A DNA stretch of 64,000 nt from Candidatus Sumerlaeales bacterium (GTDB lineage Bacteria; Sumerlaeota; Sumerlaeia; Sumerlaeales; Sumerlaeaceae): assembly GCA_038243585.1 (NCBI GenBank), contig JBBSQY010000002.1:32001-96000 (forward strand). Direction: 5' to 3'. Positions 1 through 8,778 of the stretch are shown here, one piece after another; positions within the stretch are counted from its first letter, which is position 1; every line of letters begins with the position of its first letter. A program made the position numbers and the translations under genes. The notes beneath the pieces are model-generated. The model was not told the origin of the DNA, did not search any database, and saw only the letters and a list, made by a program, of their open reading frames with translations.

Positions 1-910
1 TATCAAAAGCAAGAGCCAGGGCGTTATGCAGGTGGTCGGTATCATCGTGGACTTGATGCGCGTCCAGTCCGAAAAACGCGCGAATGGCATCCGGGTGCTG
101 GAAATGCTGGGCCGGATCCATACGATCTTTGGGGGCGATATGATCTACGGTCGCCAGATGGCGCATAGCCTGAAGTAGTGTGTGAAAGGGAACGTCTTTC
201 GGGGTTGCCAGTTTTACGTCGCAGGTAATAACCATGGGGAGGGCCAGGCGCAGGGCACATTCATAGGTCGCGCGGTTCTGGAGACGTCGCCTGCGAGAGG
301 GGATAAGGACGGCATAGGGCGGAGAAACGGATGCCGGACCGGCGGCCATGGCCGTAAGGGTTTCCATGGAATCTGTAAGGGTTATGATGTTGAGAGAAAG
401 ATGGCGGAGTTCCCGGTAAAGATCAAACTCGCTGTCCAGCATCCGCCTGGTGGCTATGCGGGATATCTCTGAGTAGCCTTCGAAATTTTTGGCCAGCAAG
501 ATGGCGCGCTGGGCAGGATCGCCGTGGCAAAGGGCGGGGGATGCAGACTGAAATTCTGCTTTCCATCCAGTGCTGTTTTCTCCGGGGGAGGTTGATTGGC
601 CGTAATCATCATGCTGCGTTTCATCCAGCAGGGGAGGGATTCCACCTACGCTTTTCCTGTTGCGCAAAAGAGCTCGCTCTGCCGGATAGGGCTGGCGAAT
701 TTCAGCGCCGATGATTGGTTGAATGCCCGCCTCAGTGGCGGCTTTAATAAATTCTATCACGCCGCTCATGCAGTTTGTGTCTGTGATGGCGACGGCTTTA
801 GCGCCAGCGTCGACGGCCGCTGCGATTATGTCGGCGGGTGATAACGTGCTGTCGAGAAAGCTGTAATAGCTATGAACGTGCAGGTGAACGAATGACGCGG
901 GGGGTGTCAT
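1..910 (-). CDS. dnaE2: Error-prone DNA polymerase III alpha subunit (DnaE2-like), N-terminal PHP domain; runs off the window edge
   Basis: Absent from the ORF track because it has no stop in the window. Manual translation from ATG 910 gives MTPPASFVHLHVHSYYSFLDSTLSP..AVAITDTN..IQPIIGAEI..AILLAKNFEGYSEI, the DnaE PHP motifs. ATGA overlap with the stop of the upstream Y-family gene. Confidence 0.9.
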   Translation of the reverse strand, partial: MTPPASFVHLHVHSYYSFLDSTLSPADIIAAAVDAGAKAVAITDTNCMSGVIEFIKAATEAGIQPIIGAEIRQPYPAERALLRNRKSVGGIPPLLDETQHDDYGQSTSPGENSTGWKAEFQSASPALCHGDPAQRAILLAKNFEGYSEISRIATRRMLDSEFDLYRELRHLSLNIITLTDSMETLTAMAAGPASVSPPYAVLIPSRRRRLQNRATYECALRLALPMVITCDVKLATPKDVPFHTLLQAMRHLATVDHIAPKDRMDPAQHFQHPDAIRAFFGLDAHQVHDDTDHLHNALALAFD

Positions 911-2118
911 AGGAAACTGTCAGAGGAGGGATTCATTTTAAACTTTTTGCCGTTGGATTTATCGACGCCTCCGGCGATGAGGATTGACGCGAAGCCATGT
1001 TTTTCCCGCACCTCGTCAATGGCCTGGTACAGGCGACTGGTCCGGCGTTGTTTCTGCTCCTGGAAAAGATCGTACTGGCTATCGTCCTGCTGGTGGAGGA
1101 CGGCGGTGAGATGGATCGATCGAACACGGACGCGGCGGCAAAACGCGTGAACGGCGGCGCGGCGGACGGCGCCGATAAGGTCGTTATCGCGATCGGAGGG
1201 AGAGAAAATCCGCAGGCGGCGGGCGCAGTGATGGCCGTCGGAATAGACCAGATCGATCCGGGCCGAACAGCAGCGTGCTCCGCAGTCGCGGAGTTTCCAG
1301 GCAAGGCGCTGGGCAAGCAGCGCGGCGCCCGCTTCAATCTCATCGATCCTGCTGCTGTCGCTGGGGAAGATGTGGTTATACTGGAGAGTTTCAGCGATGG
1401 GGGTGGCCTTTACCGATTCATGAAAGATGCCCTGGGCCCGCTGCCACAGGGCATTGCCGATGCTCGGGCCATAGATGCGGCGCAGGGATTCATCGCCCAG
1501 GTGGACGAGCTGACCTATGCGCCGAATGCCGAATTCGCGAAGTTCCAGGCGGGCGTTTTTGCCGATGCCGGGGAGTAGCCCTACAGAAACGGGACCAAGG
1601 AACTCTGATTCGCAGCCAGAGAGAATCCAGATAGCGCGGCCGGGCTTGGCGACACGAGTAGCGACTTTGGCAGTAAGTTTGTTGGAGGCAATGCCAAAGG
1701 ACACGGGAAGCCCGACTTCCTGGTCAATCCGGCGGGCGAGTCGGCTCATCCATACCGTCGGGTGAGATTGCATCCATCGTTCGCAGCCGGTCAGATCCAG
1801 GAAAAATCCATCCATTTTGTCGGCCTCGACCACCGGGGCGTGATCACGGAGAAAATCAAGCAGGCGTCGGGAAGCTTTTTCATATTCCAGAAGATTCGGG
1901 GTCAGGAATATGGCCTTCTCCGCCCGGCGACGGGCGGCAGGCAGGGGCATTCCAGCGCGAACGCCCAAGGCGCGGGCCTCGTAAGATGCGCAGGCGACCA
2001 AGCCCCGGTCTGGGGTCTGGGTGCTGATGACAATGATCCTGCCTGCGAGCTGGCTATTGAGAGCACGTTCTACCGCAACGGCAAAGGCATCCACATCTAT
2101 GTAGGTGATGAGAGACAT
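907..2118 (-). CDS. Y-family DNA polymerase (DinB/ImuB-like)
   Basis: YIDVDAF, ASYEARALGVRAGMP, GIASNKLTAKVA and LPGIG motifs. QYDLF resembles a beta-clamp motif. C-terminal AIDEVREKHG. The catalytic DE dyad reads DG. Confidence 0.9.
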   Translation of the reverse strand: MSLITYIDVDAFAVAVERALNSQLAGRIIVISTQTPDRGLVACASYEARALGVRAGMPLPAARRRAEKAIFLTPNLLEYEKASRRLLDFLRDHAPVVEADKMDGFFLDLTGCERWMQSHPTVWMSRLARRIDQEVGLPVSFGIASNKLTAKVATRVAKPGRAIWILSGCESEFLGPVSVGLLPGIGKNARLELREFGIRRIGQLVHLGDESLRRIYGPSIGNALWQRAQGIFHESVKATPIAETLQYNHIFPSDSSRIDEIEAGAALLAQRLAWKLRDCGARCCSARIDLVYSDGHHCARRLRIFSPSDRDNDLIGAVRRAAVHAFCRRVRVRSIHLTAVLHQQDDSQYDLFQEQKQRRTSRLYQAIDEVREKHGFASILIAGGVDKSNGKKFKMNPSSDSFL

Positions 2119-2141
2119 TTGAACAGCAATTCTTACGTTTA

Positions 2142-2159
2142 ATAGAACACTTGTTCTAT
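2142..2159. promoter_or_regulatory. Putative LexA (SOS) box, GAAC-N4-GTTC type
   Basis: Perfect palindrome ATAGAAC-ACTT-GTTCTAT about 25 bp upstream of the dinB-dnaE2 cassette. Confidence 0.75.
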
Positions 2160-2573
2160 AGCTTGTTGTGCTTGTTCAAGAGAAAAATATGGGATTTTGA
2201 AGGGAGGTGGGTGCGAAAGTCTGTGTTTTGAAAGATTTAAACGCAGAGGCGCGGAGAGCTGAACCTGCTGTGGGAAACGCCGGCGGTTCGGTCGTGGTCA
2301 CGCCTTCTCTGCTGGTGCGATTTGAAAGGAAATCTCCGAGGGGTGCGGCGGAAGCCCTTTTACAGGGTGCGGGCGCGAGTGAAATAGGGGCAGAGTGATG
2401 GGCGCATACCGGTTTAAGGCCGGCCACTTGCGCAATGCCTCTGTGGTGCTTGATGTCGCCAATCATCTTGCAGTCGTTTTTCCGGCAAAGTGTTTGACTG
2501 ACTGAATCGGGACAAGCCTATATTGTCGGAGTAACTTTAAAATTGATAAATCGAGAGAGGTTCCGCCCACGCC

Positions 2574-4427
2574 ATGTCCCATGATTCCCAGTTAATCGAG
2601 GCTTTAAAGGCCAAGGCAAACGTGTTGCGCATTGATTCTATCCGCAGCACCACTGCGGCGGGATCAGGCCATCCGACTTCCTGTATGTCCGCGGCTGAAA
2701 TTGTTTCTGTGCTTTTTTTTCATGAAATGACATGGGACCCTCAGAACGCGGAAAATCCGGCGGCGGATCACTTTATATTGTCCAAGGGCCATAGCGCGCC
2801 GATTCTTTATGCCGCATGGGCAGAGGCGGGCGTTTTCCCCAAAGAGAAGCTGGACACCCTGCGTGAAATCGACAGCAAGCTGGAGGGCCATCCAACGCCG
2901 CGTCTTCCGTTTGTAGATGTGGCAACCGGTTCGCTGGGGCAGGGCCTGGGCGCGGGCGTGGGACTCGCGATCAACTCGCGCGACCTTGATAAGACGAATT
3001 ACCGCACTTATGTCCTTTTGGGCGACGGTGAGTCTGCCGAGGGCAGCGTATGGGAAGCGGCGGCGCTGGCGAGCTATTACAAATTAAACAACTTAGTGGC
3101 TATCATTGACGTTAACCGCCTGGGACAGAGCCAGGAAACGGCGCTGGAGCATGATACCGAAACCTTCCGAGCGCGTTTTGAGGCGTTCGGCTGGGAGGCG
3201 GTGGCCTTGGACGGGCATGACGTAACGGCCCTGCTGGATGCTTTGGAGCAGGCTCGGAAATCCGAAAAGCCATTTTGCATCGTCGCCTGCACATACAAAG
3301 GGATGGGCGTGGAAGCGTTAAGAGACCAACCGGGCTGGCATGGCAAGCCACTGAGCAAGGAAGATGCGGAGAAGGCTTACAAAGAAATTGAGGCCGCCGG
3401 CATAACAAGCGATTACGCGCTGAAGATTAAAAAGCCTGAGGACGTGAAGCGTCCGCCTGTCGAGACAAAGGCTATGGCTGATCCCGGCTATAAAAAAGGG
3501 GAAGAAATCGCGACTCGTGAAGCTTACGGCGAAGCGTTGGCCCGGCTGGGCGCGGCGCGCTCTAATGTCGTGGCGCTGGATGCTGATACCAAGAACTCCA
3601 CCTTCAGCGACAAGTTTCTGAAAGCTTTTCCCGACAGGTTCGTGGAATGTTTCATCGCCGAGCAGAACATGATCAGCGTCGCGGCGGGCTTGGCGGCCGT
3701 GAAAAAGATACCGTTCGCTTCTACCTTTGCGGTATTTTTGTCCCGCGGTTTTGACCAGGTCCGCATGGCCGGAATCAGCCGATCCAACATTAAGTTGTGC
3801 GGCAGCCACGTGGGCATTTCCATTGGTGAAGATGGCCCGTCTCAGATGGGACTTGAAGATATCGCGTTGTTTCGGACAATTCCTGGCGGAGTGGTGTTTT
3901 ATCCAAGCGATGCCGTATCGGCAGACGCCGCGGTGCGCCTGGCCGCGGAGCACGAAGGTTTTGCCTATATCCGAACTTCCCGCCCAAAAACGCCCGTCAT
4001 CTATAACGACACCAACGACCTGAAAATTGGCAAGGCAAACGTTGTACTTCAAAGCGAGAACGACGTCGTTACTATAGCATCGGGCGGCGTAACACTGTTT
4101 GAGGCTCTTAAAGCGGCAGAGACGCTGAAAGGTGAAGGAATCGGTGTGCGAGTAATCGATCTATTCACGGTGAAGCCCCTTGATGCCGATTGCCTGCTGA
4201 AAAACGCCACGGAAACGGGCGGCAAATTGATAACAGTTGAGGATCATTATTTGGAAGGCGGGATTGGCGATGCCGTTTCGTCGGCCTTGTCTGAAAGTGC
4301 TGTTCGCGTATACAAAATAGGCGTGGTAGGAGTGCCACATTCCGGCCCCGCAGATGCGTTGCTGGCGGAATTCGGCATTGATGCAAAGGCGATCGCGGAT
4401 CGTGTGCGCGCTGTGGTGAAGTTGTAG
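2574..4427 (+). CDS. tkt: Transketolase (single chain)
   Basis: SGHPTS, LSKGH, EGHPTP, TGSLGQG, TPP motif GDGESAEG, GEDGPSQM. Confidence 0.95.
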   Translation: MSHDSQLIEALKAKANVLRIDSIRSTTAAGSGHPTSCMSAAEIVSVLFFHEMTWDPQNAENPAADHFILSKGHSAPILYAAWAEAGVFPKEKLDTLREIDSKLEGHPTPRLPFVDVATGSLGQGLGAGVGLAINSRDLDKTNYRTYVLLGDGESAEGSVWEAAALASYYKLNNLVAIIDVNRLGQSQETALEHDTETFRARFEAFGWEAVALDGHDVTALLDALEQARKSEKPFCIVACTYKGMGVEALRDQPGWHGKPLSKEDAEKAYKEIEAAGITSDYALKIKKPEDVKRPPVETKAMADPGYKKGEEIATREAYGEALARLGAARSNVVALDADTKNSTFSDKFLKAFPDRFVECFIAEQNMISVAAGLAAVKKIPFASTFAVFLSRGFDQVRMAGISRSNIKLCGSHVGISIGEDGPSQMGLEDIALFRTIPGGVVFYPSDAVSADAAVRLAAEHEGFAYIRTSRPKTPVIYNDTNDLKIGKANVVLQSENDVVTIASGGVTLFEALKAAETLKGEGIGVRVIDLFTVKPLDADCLLKNATETGGKLITVEDHYLEGGIGDAVSSALSESAVRVYKIGVVGVPHSGPADALLAEFGIDAKAIADRVRAVVKL

Positions 4428-4477
4428 TTGGAACTATGACGTAGCGGCGCGAAACAAAGTAAACTGGAATGAGATCT

Positions 4478-4518
4478 AACGACCCCTGCCCACATTTGGG
4501 TCAGGGGTCGTTTTGTTT
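4478..4518 (+). terminator. Rho-independent terminator
   Basis: AACGACCCCTG..CAGGGGTCGTT stem followed by a T-rich tract, downstream of tkt. Confidence 0.75.
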
Positions 4519-4580
4519 CGGCGGATGGTACGGGTTGTGCTGATTGATTTGTGCTAGATTAGCTAAGGAGATTTAGTAAT

Positions 4581-4886
4581 TTGGACGTTCTGGGGTACAC
4601 AATAGACACCGTGCTAGAGTGGGTGCTTGCTGGTGTTGTTTTTCTTCTGGCGATAATCGCGGCGTTTTATGTCGGGAGATTCTTGCTGCGGTACACCACG
4701 GGAATGGTGGGGGGCTTTATTTTGTTGTTAGTCGGGATGGGTATGATTTTGGGCCCATCCTTTTACTTGATCAGCACTGACGATGTTCCGACACTGCGCA
4801 TTATATTAAGCGCCACATCAATCTTTATCGGGTGTGCGGCGGTGCTGGCCGGAGCGTTTTCGCTCACAAGCTTTCGAGATTTTTAA
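4581..4886 (+). CDS. Small membrane protein (about 3 TM), unknown function
   Basis: TTG start preceded by AAGGAG; three hydrophobic segments. Confidence 0.7.
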   Translation: MDVLGYTIDTVLEWVLAGVVFLLAIIAAFYVGRFLLRYTTGMVGGFILLLVGMGMILGPSFYLISTDDVPTLRIILSATSIFIGCAAVLAGAFSLTSFRDF

Positions 4887-4930
4887 CAAAATCCTGGGAC
4901 CGGGCGGATGCACCCGGCCCCCAAAAGATT

Positions 4931-5677
4931 TTACTGAAAAAGCTGCCAGTCCGAGGCCGCGTTGGTGGGGTTGGCGGTTACTGCTGTACCACCGCCGATA
5001 GTAACGCCTCCATTTTTAGCCAAGGCCTTGCCATCAAGGGTTGCTCCGGTTTCCATAGTAATGGAAATACCAGCTAAGATAGTGCCTTTAATAATGGAGG
5101 TAGTACCAAAAGTTGCTGAAGTGCCAATTTGCCAGAAGATGTTCTTTGGTTGTGCACCGCGAACCAGAATGACCTTTCTTCCGGATGTCATCGTAAACGT
5201 GCTGGCGATTTGAAATATGAAGACCGCGTTTGGATCGCCCTGGCCATCTAATGTCAGGTCTCCGGATGAAACCGCAAGAGAAGATGTTGATTTGTAGAGG
5301 CCCGGCGGAAGCGTCTGCCCGCCCAAATTTCCTGCCACGGTTACCGGCGCTGTTGAACGTCCACTTGCATCGTCATACGCAACAGCAAGGGCGGCCTGTG
5401 CATTGGCTGCTACCGGTCCGCCGGCATAAGTATTTCCCGTTACAATTCCAGGAGGAAAACCTGTGATGGCCGTTCCTGGATACACCCCGAGATCGCCATT
5501 GATTATAGTTTGAGGACCGGGAGCATTTGTGACTGTTGTTCCAGCCAAAACTCCAAAACTTGCGGCAACTCCCAGATCTACAGGTTGTTCCGCTGCACCT
5601 GCACCAGCAGTCATTCCCAATGCCAGAAATCCACATAGCACTGTCTTGGTCACATAAGCTGCATTATAAGTTTTCAT
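4931..5677 (-). CDS. Secreted ice-binding-like protein (DUF3494)
   Basis: Signal peptide from ATG 5677. FGVLAGTTVTN, LGGQTLPPGLYK, LTLDGQGDPNAVFIFQI and NIFWQIG are DUF3494 motifs. Confidence 0.9.
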   Translation of the reverse strand: MKTYNAAYVTKTVLCGFLALGMTAGAGAAEQPVDLGVAASFGVLAGTTVTNAPGPQTIINGDLGVYPGTAITGFPPGIVTGNTYAGGPVAANAQAALAVAYDDASGRSTAPVTVAGNLGGQTLPPGLYKSTSSLAVSSGDLTLDGQGDPNAVFIFQIASTFTMTSGRKVILVRGAQPKNIFWQIGTSATFGTTSIIKGTILAGISITMETGATLDGKALAKNGGVTIGGGTAVTANPTNAASDWQLFQ

Positions 5678-5773
5678 AATGTAACGACTGCCGATAATCT
5701 TGCAAATTCGACTTCGTCTTAACTTAGTTGGTGATTCATGCAAAGATGTTGCTGTTATCAGGCGATATGGGTT

Positions 5774-6901
5774 TTAGGCGTGCCATTGGTAACTACGGCG
5801 CATCAGAAAAAGTGCTATTACCGCGAAAACAACGGTCGGCAGTACTGTCGCGGCGGCGGGGGGAATTGTGCCCGATCTTCCGAGGGCCTGAAGCAGCGCA
5901 TTAACCAGGTAGTAAACTACGGCCCAGCTGATGCCGATGCCTATAATCTTCATTGCTGTGCCGGCGCGGCTTTTTATTGCGTAAGCAAAACCGATAATCA
6001 TAACGACCAGAATGCCCGCTGGAAAAGTGATTTTCCGGAGCAAATCCGTGCGGATATCCTGCGTTGGCTGGTCTCGCGCCTCCAGTATTTCCGCGCGCTG
6101 CTTAAGCTGATGGTAATTCATTTCTTCAGGTTTTGCCTGTTGCGCCATTATCGCTGGGAGATCGGCTTCAAGAAAAATTGTTTGAGAACTATGTGACGCG
6201 GTATGAGTGGTAATCCTGCCTTCTCCGTCAAAGGTCCATGTCCGTGGATTTTCAAACAACCATTCAGTAGTGTCGTCTGCAGAATTTTCGCCTGCAAAAG
6301 TTGCGGTATCCCCCTCAATACGGGAAACGATTGTAGAATGATCCGGGTTCAGATTAATAATGGTCGGGCGAATCATCTTGTTTTCCGCGTTCGAATATAC
6401 GCGTGCCATGTAAAACCAGTCGGTGCGTCCCTGGGCGAACACATTCGCGTTCATAGTGATCTCCCGTGTATCGCGGTCTTCCAGCATAAGTTCATAAATC
6501 TGGCTTGTGCGCTCGAGGGGCGGTACTACGTATTCATTCATGACAAATGTGCCGGCAACAATCAGCGCGCCGCCAAATAATATGGGTAGCGAAAGACGAA
6601 AAGCGTGTACGCCGCTGGTGAGCATGGCGAGTACTTCGTTTGTGCGGGCGAGGGATCCGATGGAAAAGAGCACAGCCAGCATGGCAGCAATGGGAACGAT
6701 CTGCATCAGCTGGCCCGGCAGCGAGGATAAAAAGAAAATCGCCACGGTAGACATTGGCGCGCCGAACTCCAGGATTTCGCTGAACCGGTCAAATATGGAG
6801 GCGACTAGCAGCAATAGTGCGCAGAAAGCGATAACAGCGATAAAGGCGAGTATGAACTCGCGGAACAGGTAGCGGTCAAGGATTATGGGGCGAAGATTCA
6901 T
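5774..6901 (-). CDS. LptF/LptG family LPS export permease
   Basis: ILDRYLFREF start, LARTNEVLAMLTSG motif, 3 TM + periplasmic domain + 3 TM layout. Confidence 0.9.
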   Translation of the reverse strand: MNLRPIILDRYLFREFILAFIAVIAFCALLLLVASIFDRFSEILEFGAPMSTVAIFFLSSLPGQLMQIVPIAAMLAVLFSIGSLARTNEVLAMLTSGVHAFRLSLPILFGGALIVAGTFVMNEYVVPPLERTSQIYELMLEDRDTREITMNANVFAQGRTDWFYMARVYSNAENKMIRPTIINLNPDHSTIVSRIEGDTATFAGENSADDTTEWLFENPRTWTFDGEGRITTHTASHSSQTIFLEADLPAIMAQQAKPEEMNYHQLKQRAEILEARDQPTQDIRTDLLRKITFPAGILVVMIIGFAYAIKSRAGTAMKIIGIGISWAVVYYLVNALLQALGRSGTIPPAAATVLPTVVFAVIALFLMRRSYQWHA

Positions 6902-6987
6902 GGGGCGATTATACAGTCATAATGAAGATAACTTGTTTTGATTTTTGGCCGGATCCATTTTGGACTTATCGGACCCGGCCAAAATCT

Positions 6988-7743
6988 TTAGTTCTTTGTG
7001 AAAATAATGAAGCCAACTTCTTGGAGTTTCTGCAGCCAGGCAGCATATCCAGCAGGGGTTAAATGAACTCCATCGCCTGTAAACTCGTCCTTCAGCTCAC
7101 CCTTTTCATCTTCCATTGTGGGATGTAAATCAAGGTAGATCGTTCCGGATTTTTCCGCCAGTTCCTTTGCCAGAGCGTTCAGCTTATCGACATTTTCGTT
7201 TAGGTATGCATTCTTCTTTGAAGTCGGCAATACGCTCTGTAGCACGATCTGTGTCTCGGGCAAAGCCTGCTTGAGCATCGTAAACATATTTTCATACTGA
7301 GGAAGCACTTCCTCTGGTGTTTCTTTTCCGCCCCAGAAGTCGTTGACGCCGATCATTACAAACACAACGGCCGGCCGCGCCTGTTTAATAAGATCGATGC
7401 GGGAGGTAAGTCCCGTTCCTGCGCTGGGGCGATCAATCTGGTCCCCGCTAATTCCCTGATTAACTACGAGCATGCCATTGACGGTTTCGGGCATGGCCTC
7501 CTTACGGAAAAAGCCTTCGGTGATGGAATCGCCCACCATGACAATCGTGCCTGTGGTAGTTGGCGGCAAGGCGGCGATATCTTTGCGTATCTGTTCAACT
7601 CGAGCATCGAAGTGACTTTGTTTAACTACGACTTTTTGAGCGGTTTCCGTGGCGGTTGTTGCTGCAGTTTGCGCCGGGAGATTTTTTGTTGTAGCTGCCG
7701 CAGAGACAGCGACGGCTGTTAGCAGCGCATAACGAATTTTCAT
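6988..7743 (-). CDS. Secreted SGNH/GDSL hydrolase
   Basis: GDSIT, NQGISGD, GVND and DGVH blocks. Signal peptide from ATG 7743 with AAAGGA upstream. Confidence 0.9.
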   Translation of the reverse strand: MKIRYALLTAVAVSAAATTKNLPAQTAATTATETAQKVVVKQSHFDARVEQIRKDIAALPPTTTGTIVMVGDSITEGFFRKEAMPETVNGMLVVNQGISGDQIDRPSAGTGLTSRIDLIKQARPAVVFVMIGVNDFWGGKETPEEVLPQYENMFTMLKQALPETQIVLQSVLPTSKKNAYLNENVDKLNALAKELAEKSGTIYLDLHPTMEDEKGELKDEFTGDGVHLTPAGYAAWLQKLQEVGFIIFTKN

Positions 7744-7856
7744 ATTTATTGTTCCTTTCAGATTTGGAGCGTTAAAAATAAACTCACAATTTCCGTTGAT
7801 ACCGAACTTCTTCATGAGCGCAATTGAATTCTAAATTTCATAAAGAAGGATCATCA

Positions 7857-8714
7857 ATGAAAGTCGGCTTTATTGACCACCATTTAAACAATTACCACGC
7901 CGATAAGTTTTTTTCCATCTTTAAGGATGGGAAGGCGGGAGATGGTATTGAAATTGTGGCCGCCTATGAAAGTCATCCTGATGATAAGGAAGACTGGTGC
8001 TTAAAGAACGGGGTGCCAAAGGCAGGTTCCGCTGCGGAGGTTGTCGAAAAGGCCGACGCCATTATGGTCCTGGCGCCGGATAATTTCGAGGCGCACCTTG
8101 TACTAAGCGCCGAGGCGGTAAGGAGCGGCAAACCGGTTCTGATTGACAAGGCACTGGCCAAAAACCTCGAAGACGCACGGACAATCATTTCCGACGCCCA
8201 CAACGCCGGTACTCCTGTCATGTCCGCATCGCCGCTGCGCTTTTCCATGGAGCTTGAGGAACTGATCGCCCGGGTGGGCGAAGGGCCCTATGACGGCATT
8301 TTTAGCCGCGGATTCGGCAAATGGCGTGGGTATGCAGTACATTCCATCCAGCCGGCACTGCGCCTGCTGGGTGGGCGTGTGAAGCGCGTAATCGACACCG
8401 GCCAGGGAAGTAACCATAACATCACGATTGAAAACGCTGATGGTCGTCGCGCTGTGGTAGAAATTCGCGAGTGCGACAACCAATTCGACGCTACGCCCTG
8501 GCAGATAGGGGTCCTTCGTGATAAGAAATATGAGATTGTGACCGTAAAGCAATTCGATGAATTTTATGTAAACCTGCTAAAAGAAGCCGTGCAGTTTTTC
8601 CGAACTGGTCAGTCGCCCGTTCCTGTGGAGGAAATGCTCGACGAGGTCATGGTGGAAGTTGCGGCGGATAGCTCGTTTAACAGCGGAGGCCAGTGGGTCG
8701 AAGTGGGACTTTAG
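7857..8714 (+). CDS. Gfo/Idh/MocA family oxidoreductase
   Basis: Rossmann-like N-terminus, GKPVLIDKALA, SASPLRF, YAVH. AAGGA RBS before ATG 7857. Confidence 0.75.
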   Translation: MKVGFIDHHLNNYHADKFFSIFKDGKAGDGIEIVAAYESHPDDKEDWCLKNGVPKAGSAAEVVEKADAIMVLAPDNFEAHLVLSAEAVRSGKPVLIDKALAKNLEDARTIISDAHNAGTPVMSASPLRFSMELEELIARVGEGPYDGIFSRGFGKWRGYAVHSIQPALRLLGGRVKRVIDTGQGSNHNITIENADGRRAVVEIRECDNQFDATPWQIGVLRDKKYEIVTVKQFDEFYVNLLKEAVQFFRTGQSPVPVEEMLDEVMVEVAADSSFNSGGQWVEVGL

Positions 8715-8778
8715 GACACCATGCGTCTGGTATAAAAATGGCATCGAATCTCCCCTAAAAAGACTGGATCAACCTGAA

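Noticed and set aside
2176..2466. 96-aa ORF upstream of the Y-family gene as a possible imuA
   Set aside because: No RecA/SulA-like motifs, and the putative SOS box lies between it and the Y-family gene. Probably spurious.
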